A stretch of 11,417 nucleotides of DNA from the NCBI GenBank assembly GCA_021324135.1, contig JAJPJO010000418.1, forward strand, positions 1-11,417, read 5' to 3'. The translations under genes were made by a program, and so were the position numbers. The stretch is from Pseudomonadota bacterium (GTDB lineage: Bacteria; Cyanobacteriota; Vampirovibrionia; Obscuribacterales; Obscuribacteraceae). Every line of letters starts with the position of its first letter. Position 1 is the stretch's first letter. The notes beneath the pieces are model-generated. The model made no database searches. It saw only the letters and a list, made by a program, of their open reading frames with translations, and was not told the DNA's origin. Of this stretch, positions 1-5,953 are shown one piece after another.

Positions 1-11
1 AATTGAGGTTT

Positions 12-1169
12 CTAGCGCCCGCGAATCGGAACTCGCGAGCTCGCTTTCAGGACCGCTTTGCACTGAGCGGGCATCTTGCTCAGCGGGAAAGGTGGATTGA
101 CTTCCAGCTCGGTTACCTTGCTGTGGTCGCCTTCCCAGCCGGCTTTATCGCCCGAGCCGTGCCTGGCTGCCTTTGCTCTTTCGGCTTGCTCAGCGGCAAG
201 ACGAGCCGCCGACTTGTTGGGCGGATCGGCTGCCACTTCCTTCATTGCCTCGTCGATTTCGCTGCCGCAACCATCTCCAGCATCGGGTGCCGGTTGATTG
301 TGGCAGGCTTTGTCGCCGGGTTTACAGCTCAGGCGGACATGGATGTGGTCGTCATGACCGACACAGACGCCCGAGTGACAGGGACGAAGGCGATTGAGCC
401 ACCAGGTATCGGCGCCGTGCGGGTCCTTCTTCGCGCACAGAGCCTTCTTGATTGCCGGAGTGACGAAGACGCGGGTGACGTTTTCGCCCTGAGCGGCATC
501 GCGGACGAAGCTCTCGTGAGCGGCAGTCCAGACTTGCGGGTCGAGCTCGGCGCTGTCGACTTTGAGGCCAGACCTGGCGTCGAGCTTCTCGCGCTCATCA
601 TCGCTCAGTTTGCGATCGGGTGCCGGGGTAAGCCAGAGGTCCACATCCAGTCCAATCTGATGGCTGGCGTGACCGGTGAGCATGGGGCCGCCGCGTGGCT
701 GTCCCATATCACCTACCAGGGTGCCCTGCCAGCCGTCGGCGTGAGCCTTGTCGGACAGGTCGCGCACGTACTTGATGGTGCGTGGATGACCCCAGAAGCG
801 GTTGCGCGAAATGCGCATCGCCTGGTAGTGGGCGCCGTCGACCGGCAGAAGGGAAGCTCCGGCCAGGCAACCGTTTGTGTAGGTGCCGATCGAGCTGAGC
901 GGCAGATCGGCGGGCAGTTTTTGAGCACCGAAAAGCTTGCGGGCATCAGGTGAATCGGTGCGCTTGCGCTTCGCCGCCCGGCTCGAGTTGCCGCGATTGG
1001 ACTTATGCTTCACGACGTGTGAGACGGAGGTCGCTTCGGCGGCGGCATGTCGAGCATGCCGTGCGGTTGCAGCCGATGCCGGATCGCCCAGGAGGCAAAA
1101 GCCTGCCACCAGGGACGATACCGTCATCAATAATTGCAGCCGCGTTTTCTTGAATTTCAGATGGTTCAT
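12..1169 (-). CDS. mepA: Penicillin-insensitive murein endopeptidase (peptidase M74, MepA-like). 385 aa with an N-terminal signal peptide, a basic linker and a C-terminal Lys/Ala-rich extension.
   Basis: - The translation aligns by eye with E. coli MepA over the catalytic core: GTYTNGCLAGASLLP, HYQAMRISRNRFWGHP, GDMGQPRGGPMLTGHASHQIGLDVDLWL, TRVFVTPAIKKALC and HDDHIHVRLSCKPGDKAC.
- The N-terminus is signal-peptide-like (LLMTVSSLVAGFCLLGDPASAA).
- A GAGGAG Shine-Dalgarno lies 6 nt upstream of the ATG, as plus-strand ctcctc at 1176-1181.
- The stop codon is at 12-14. Confidence 0.85.
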   Translation of the reverse strand: MNHLKFKKTRLQLLMTVSSLVAGFCLLGDPASAATARHARHAAAEATSVSHVVKHKSNRGNSSRAAKRKRTDSPDARKLFGAQKLPADLPLSSIGTYTNGCLAGASLLPVDGAHYQAMRISRNRFWGHPRTIKYVRDLSDKAHADGWQGTLVGDMGQPRGGPMLTGHASHQIGLDVDLWLTPAPDRKLSDDEREKLDARSGLKVDSAELDPQVWTAAHESFVRDAAQGENVTRVFVTPAIKKALCAKKDPHGADTWWLNRLRPCHSGVCVGHDDHIHVRLSCKPGDKACHNQPAPDAGDGCGSEIDEAMKEVAADPPNKSAARLAAEQAERAKAARHGSGDKAGWEGDHSKVTELEVNPPFPLSKMPAQCKAVLKASSRVPIRGR

Positions 1170-1175
1170 CTCAAA

Positions 1176-1181
1176 CTCCTC
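1176..1181 (-). promoter_or_regulatory. Shine-Dalgarno site (GAGGAG) for mepA.
   Basis: - Plus-strand ctcctc reverse-complements to GAGGAG.
- It lies 6 nt upstream of the mepA ATG at 1167-1169 on the minus strand. Confidence 0.55.
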
Positions 1182-1315
1182 TTCATTGCCATAAAGGCGC
1201 CGGGAGCCTGCTGAAGTGATTGACCACTCCAGGAGGCCCCCGGCTCAAGAAGAGAGAACCGCGCGCAAACATGAGACAACGACCCGCCGCCCCGGTGCCC
1301 GCCAGAGCGGGAGAC

Positions 1316-2425
1316 TCATTGCGGCATGGAAGTCTGAGGATTGCACTCGGTTTCTTTCTTGATTGCCTTTATTTGCGCTTTTGCTCTGCTGCTCAAGGGT
1401 TTGTGCAGCCAGAGGTTGTTCTGGTCTATGTTGTTCTGAGGCCAGACTAGGCCGCCGAGGTAAAAACGCTCGGGGGTCTGGTCTGGTCCAAGGCTCTGCA
1501 TGACGAATAGCCATGATTCCTGAACGCGCGTGAGCGATTGCCCATTGCGCGCCAGCTCGGCCACCTTGGCTTTGAACGCGTTGATGGTCGCTTCATGCTC
1601 AGGGTCGCTGCATTCATAGCCTTTGGCACAGTTCCAGCCGTAGACGTGCAGATGGCTGGGAGCCGTCTCGAGAAAATCGTAACCACAGGCGGTGGCAATC
1701 TTCTCGAATGCTGCATGGGCGTTTTTCCCTACATCGAAGATCGGAACCCCGACCTGCCCCGGATAAGTCTGCGATTGCCAGAGGGTGAACAGCAGGCGCA
1801 GGAATTGCTTCGGGCGATTGGAGTAAGTGTAGGGCTTGGCGATGAAGTCGTTCAAAACTTCGTCACCGACGCGCTTTGCGATCGTCGTCTGGGGGAAAAA
1901 CGAATACAGCGAAGTTTCCAGCGATGTACCGGAGAGCTGCCGCCCCCTGATGATGAGCGGCTTGTTCTGCGGCTCATCGTAGGGGAAGTCCAGAAGCGCG
2001 CTATCGTTGGCCAGCGGCGTCCCATCAAAGCGCCGGTCGCGAAGACCGAAGCTGAATATGAGTTCGCCTGGCTTGCCTGCGAGCACATCGCCGAACCAGG
2101 CAAAAGCCTTGATTTTCAGCCAGTCTCGCTTTACGATAAAGGCACCATGGGCGGTGCGATAGTAAGTCGCCAGATAAGGGAAACGCACGACCTTGCTCAC
2201 TCCGTTCCTCGACCACGAGTTGAGATTCGATACCTCGTCGCCGGGAAAGAGACCGTCCGTGCTGTCGCCAAAGCGCGAGAAGCCTTTGGCGGCTAGCGGA
2301 CCAAGCAAGGCTTTCACCATCGGCGTAACAGCGATTTTCCAGATTTGGGCGTCGCTGACAGAGGCGATGGGTGCAGGCCCAAGCTCGCTTTGAGCTGTGA
2401 CCTGCAGGAGATCGGAAGTTTTCAT
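1316..2425 (-). CDS. Hypothetical cytoplasmic protein of 369 aa. It has no signal peptide and lies immediately upstream of, and co-oriented with, mepA.
   Basis: - It is a long ORF with host-like codon usage (GC3 about 65-70% by eye).
- A GAGGAG lies 3 nt upstream of the ATG, as plus-strand ctcctc at 2429-2434.
- A 146-bp gap separates it from the mepA start on the same strand.
- There is a His/Cys-rich cluster near the C-terminus (ATACGYDFLETAPSHLHVYGWNCAKGYECSDPEHE).
- I do not recognise the family.
- The antisense 252-aa ORF at 1538..2296 is judged a shadow. Confidence 0.65.
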   Translation of the reverse strand: MKTSDLLQVTAQSELGPAPIASVSDAQIWKIAVTPMVKALLGPLAAKGFSRFGDSTDGLFPGDEVSNLNSWSRNGVSKVVRFPYLATYYRTAHGAFIVKRDWLKIKAFAWFGDVLAGKPGELIFSFGLRDRRFDGTPLANDSALLDFPYDEPQNKPLIIRGRQLSGTSLETSLYSFFPQTTIAKRVGDEVLNDFIAKPYTYSNRPKQFLRLLFTLWQSQTYPGQVGVPIFDVGKNAHAAFEKIATACGYDFLETAPSHLHVYGWNCAKGYECSDPEHEATINAFKAKVAELARNGQSLTRVQESWLFVMQSLGPDQTPERFYLGGLVWPQNNIDQNNLWLHKPLSSRAKAQIKAIKKETECNPQTSMPQ

Positions 2426-2902
2426 ATACTCCTCAAATGCAAGGGTTAGTAAAGGCGATCACGGCTCCATCGAGACCCCGGCTAATCACAGATCCCGCAG
2501 GACAGCAATAACGGAACGGTTTAGATTTCGGTGGTTAGAGAGATTAGCGAGTAACCAAAGTCTAAAATTAGAGGCGCGATCACAATGGGCTTAGCATTTG
2601 AGGCCACTCAATATCTCGCGATATAAAAAGCACCACGATCTCAGCCTCATTCTTGCCAGAAAAAACATTTTGTAATCGATCTCATAAGATACAGATACAG
2701 TAAGGCTTTGATCGTTCACCTGTGGAGTGGCGAACGTTGCGAAATGTTAGAAAGGCTCCGGGATTACCAAAGGCTAAGGTTGCAAAGGGATTTGCGCAGC
2801 TGAGTGAAGTTGCGCGAACGATGGCGATGCTCGGCTGCTCCAATCCTTGCTGGAGTTACCGATTCGAATCGCGAGTTTCGAGATTGCGATACTCGGCCGA
2901 TA

Positions 2903-3985
2903 TCAGCGCTTCAGGGCATGAACCAATCCGGCGAAATACATCCAGGCCATAACCGACGCGATTGTGCCGGCAAGACCGATGTAGGCTGCTCCGATGGCAA
3001 ATCTTTGCGTGGGCGTGACGCTGAAATAGGTTTTGTCCATACGCTCTATGAAGTTCGCCTGATTGGGTTTGGGAGCAGTCTTCCCGGCAACGGCGGATGG
3101 CGCTGCCACTTGAGGAAGCGGTGGCGGCATGTCTTCCGGCGGCAGATCGGGCAAAGGCGGCATGGCTGCCTCGGCAGCCGCCATCTGGGCGCGCCGTTTC
3201 GCCAGGGTGCGCGCCTCCAGAGCATGGGTAACCGCAAAGAATGTGATGATGAACCCCCAGTAGATCTCTCCGTAGCAAGCTGAAGAGGCGATGGCCAGCA
3301 GTCCGACGGCAATGTAGAAGGCCCAGTGTATGCTCAGGAAACGGCGATTCATTTCATCGAGTCCGAAGATGATGAACAGAAGCAGAATGGGACTCTCCAT
3401 GAAGTGAGCGATGGCTGCCGCCGCCACAATGCCGATGATCCAGAATCCGCGCCAGATGGCGCCTACGACCCGCCCACCGTCGAGCGGCGACATGGGCAGC
3501 AAGTTGAACAAATTGAGGAAAAGCCCTATATAAGCCAACCACGCCCACATCTCATTGCCTGTCGCATAGTAGATCGGAATGCAGGCAATCGCGCCAATCG
3601 AGCCCAGAACCGGTCCTGCCAGCGCGATGATTGCTTCCTTCACCACTGAGTCCGGATAACCCTTCATGCCGACAACCGCGCCGATAAAGGGGATGAACAT
3701 GGGGACGGAGGCGGGCACGCCGTAATGCCGCAACATGATCACATGTCCCATCTCGTGAACGAAGATCAAGGCAACGAAGCCGGCGGCAGCTGCCCAACCG
3801 AACCTGAAAGAGTAGGCGACGATGCTGATTAAGGCTGTGATCAGCGTGTATGCGTATTTCAGTTTCGCCAGACCCAACAGCAGAGTCTTGCCCTTGAGGA
3901 TCAAAACCAGCATTGCGGTCATGAAACTGCTGTTGCTCTTCTCTTTGGGTTTAGCAGGGCTGCCTATTCGCGAGGTTGCATCCAT
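2903..3985 (-). CDS. Site-2-protease family (peptidase M50) integral membrane zinc metalloprotease. 360 aa, with a Pro-rich C-terminal linker and an extra terminal TM helix.
   Basis: - An HEMGH zinc-binding motif (FVHEMGHVIMLRHYG) is embedded in a TM helix.
- The downstream motif NLLPMSPLDGGRV is the conserved LDG motif of the M50 family.
- The protein has multiple hydrophobic helices.
- A GAGGA lies about 9 nt upstream of the ATG at 3983-3985 (minus strand).
- The stop codon is at 2903-2905. Confidence 0.85.
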   Translation of the reverse strand: MDATSRIGSPAKPKEKSNSSFMTAMLVLILKGKTLLLGLAKLKYAYTLITALISIVAYSFRFGWAAAAGFVALIFVHEMGHVIMLRHYGVPASVPMFIPFIGAVVGMKGYPDSVVKEAIIALAGPVLGSIGAIACIPIYYATGNEMWAWLAYIGLFLNLFNLLPMSPLDGGRVVGAIWRGFWIIGIVAAAAIAHFMESPILLLFIIFGLDEMNRRFLSIHWAFYIAVGLLAIASSACYGEIYWGFIITFFAVTHALEARTLAKRRAQMAAAEAAMPPLPDLPPEDMPPPLPQVAAPSAVAGKTAPKPNQANFIERMDKTYFSVTPTQRFAIGAAYIGLAGTIASVMAWMYFAGLVHALKR

Positions 3986-4294
3986 GTTGTTTCATCCTCA
4001 ATGGCTGACTGGCATCGATCAAATTGGTCACAGGAAAGTTATTCCCAACGCGATCGAACCTTGCGCGTTTTTCAGATTAAGACTCTATGAAGTCGCTGCC
4101 GGACCGACTGAGAGCAGCAGCTAGTGATATTGCCGGGTTTTGAAAAATGTTGTGTCCCGAGACCCGGCGTTTGCAGGGCTTGAGGGCGTTCATCGTATAA
4201 ACCCCATCGACAGCCGGCGCTGCTGATCTTAATTTTGAATCTTGATTGGCGGATTAGCTTTAGTCGTTTTTTCCCTGGCGTTGAGGGACGAGAT

Positions 4295-5494
4295 TTGGAA
4301 GCATACGATTCCGGTTTGGACGCTCAAGTGCGTGATACGCGCGTCGATAACGTAGGCAATCGCGGCATGTCCTTCGAATCGGCCGGATCTTTGTCGTTTT
4401 CCGCCTGGTCGAATATAGGTGATTTGAAGAATAATCAGCAAAGCGGCTTGTCCGATTTTGCCAGGCGATCGGTTCAAGACGGCGCCGGCAATACGGTGAC
4501 GCTCGATACCATGACCGGAAAACTCCTGACCAGAAACAGCAATGGCGACACGGTTGATTACGAAGCCATGCTTGAAGGCGATCGTGCCGAAACCAGGAAT
4601 GCCACCACAGCCGGTACCGTCTTTCTGGGCTCGCCGGTATTGCTTGGCATGGGCGCGGCAATGAGCGCCATGGATGGTTCGAACGATCAGGCTCAGGAAA
4701 TCAGTCGTTTGCGCGGGCAGCTCGATCCGCAAGCGCGTCAGCAAATCAACCAGATGACAGGACAAATCTTCGATCAATTGACCGGCCAGCAAATCGATTC
4801 GCGCACCGGTCTGCAGCTCGATCCGCGGGTTGCGCAGCAATTCGATCCCCGAGATGCCGAGCAAGCATTTATTCAGAACGGCAGGACTCTATCAAATGCT
4901 CAGCTATTGGACGGGCGCTTCGGACAGCCCGGCGATGCCCGTTCGCCTCAGCAACTGGATCCACGTTCTGCTCAACAACAATTCGATCAGAGCGCCCGCC
5001 ATCAAGAAACGCAGCAAAAGTTGTTTAATCCCCACGATCAGCAGCAGCTGAGCCAGACCAATCAGATGCAAGCCGGGCGCGCTGCTCGCGGCTACATCAG
5101 CGATGCGGCAATGCTCGCGACCGCGCAATCGGACAAGATGAAAATATCGCGGCAAGACATTTATAGTCTTTCGGGATTAGCGCCGGAACTGTTTGCCAAT
5201 CAGCACATGATTGAGCGTAACCACAAACTTAGAGAAGACGACAGAAGGAAACGAAAGAAAAACGATCTGGAAAAAATGGCTGCACTGGAAAAGCGCAGAC
5301 TGCAGATGCGCATGAAGGTCTCGCTGGATCGCAGCAGCATAACCAGCACAAAGCTTCTTAAGAGAAAAGAGCAGATTGAATCCGAGCTGGATGCAAACCG
5401 GCACCAGACCACCTTGGCAGAATCATCGCGTTTGCACTCTGAACTGGAAGTCCTCGACAAAGCGATTTCCAGATTGAGCGCGCTTGGACTTTGA
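4295..5494 (+). CDS. Gln-rich low-complexity repeat protein with a C-terminal basic, coiled-coil region. The start is uncertain: TTG at 4295 has an SD, while the alternatives are TTG at 4235 and ATG at 4367.
   Basis: - The ORF is open from 4235 to the TGA at 5492-5494.
- A GAGGGA lies 6 nt before the in-frame TTG at 4295-4297. Neither the TTG at 4235 nor the first ATG at 4367 has a recognisable SD.
- The protein contains degenerate repeats (QLDPQARQQ, QLDPRVAQQFDPRDAEQ, QQLDPRSAQQQFDQ).
- A single hydrophobic stretch (TAGTVFLGSPVLLGMGAAMSAM) precedes the Gln-rich region.
- The C-terminus has a Lys/Arg/Glu-rich heptad-like segment (RRKRKKNDLEKMAALEKRRLQMRMK...ELEVLDKAISRLSALGL). Confidence 0.6.
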   Translation: MEAYDSGLDAQVRDTRVDNVGNRGMSFESAGSLSFSAWSNIGDLKNNQQSGLSDFARRSVQDGAGNTVTLDTMTGKLLTRNSNGDTVDYEAMLEGDRAETRNATTAGTVFLGSPVLLGMGAAMSAMDGSNDQAQEISRLRGQLDPQARQQINQMTGQIFDQLTGQQIDSRTGLQLDPRVAQQFDPRDAEQAFIQNGRTLSNAQLLDGRFGQPGDARSPQQLDPRSAQQQFDQSARHQETQQKLFNPHDQQQLSQTNQMQAGRAARGYISDAAMLATAQSDKMKISRQDIYSLSGLAPELFANQHMIERNHKLREDDRRKRKKNDLEKMAALEKRRLQMRMKVSLDRSSITSTKLLKRKEQIESELDANRHQTTLAESSRLHSELEVLDKAISRLSALGL

Positions 5495-5884
5495 TCTGAG
5501 CATATCGTGAAATATCACTGAACCGACATTAGCGCGGCCGGAGCGGGTTTGCGAAGAGGAGCACGAGGGCTCGATTGCACAAGACGTGCCGGAGGAGAGA
5601 GCCGATTTTCTGGGCGCCACAAAGTGTGAATGTGAGCGATTTCTTCTTTTAATGTCCTTTACAACCGCCGGACACGGTGGCGGCTTGCAATAGGATGCGG
5701 GTGAAACGCTTCGACCTTCTCTCTCAGGTCTCTACCCCAACCCCGCGTACTTAATTTGCACTGAACCCCGCCCGCTCTATCGGCCGGGTAAGCACGCGGG
5801 TGGTTTGCCATGCACCTGTTCGACTCTGTGGAAGTGTTTGAAACGATTGCCATGTTGAGAAGTTCGAGCGTTTCGTCCCTGTAG

Positions 5885-5918
5885 GCTGAGCACTGGGCTC
5901 GGCTTTCTGCTGTTTGTT
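5885..5918 (+). terminator. Intrinsic-terminator-like hairpin followed by a T-rich tract, about 40 nt upstream of the flotillin-like start codon.
   Basis: - The stem is gctgagc (5885-5891) paired with gctcggc (5897-5903): 7 bp including one G.U, and up to 9 bp if the flanking g.t and a-t pairs are included.
- The loop is actgg.
- The stem is followed by tttctgctgtttgtt (5904-5918), in which the T-run is interrupted. Confidence 0.3.
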
Positions 5919-5953
5919 CACAGCTAAAACCTTACTTCGAAAGTGAGTCTAAG

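Noticed and set aside
3-953. A 316-aa plus-strand ORF overlapping mepA.
   Set aside because: - It is antisense to the MepA coding sequence, which has clear family motifs.
- It has no SD and no recognisable domain, so it is a shadow ORF.
1538-2296. A 252-aa plus-strand ORF opposite the 369-aa hypothetical gene.
   Set aside because: - The minus-strand ORF is longer, has a GAGGAG SD and host-like codon usage, and continues the mepA orientation.
- The plus ORF has no SD and a gibberish-like composition.
- The call is uncertain; if the minus-strand protein proves unconserved this should be revisited.
4229-4864. A 211-aa minus-strand ORF antisense to the Gln-rich gene, and a 133-aa ORF at 4260..4661.
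   Set aside because: - Both overlap the 5' part of the Gln-rich ORF on the opposite strand.
- Neither has a start context or recognisable features.
- Both are considered shadows.
5659-5853. A 64-aa minus-strand ORF inside the long leader upstream of the flotillin-like gene.
   Set aside because: - It has no SD.
- Its Arg/His-rich composition is typical of random GC-rich ORFs.
- The region is more plausibly non-coding RNA or regulatory.
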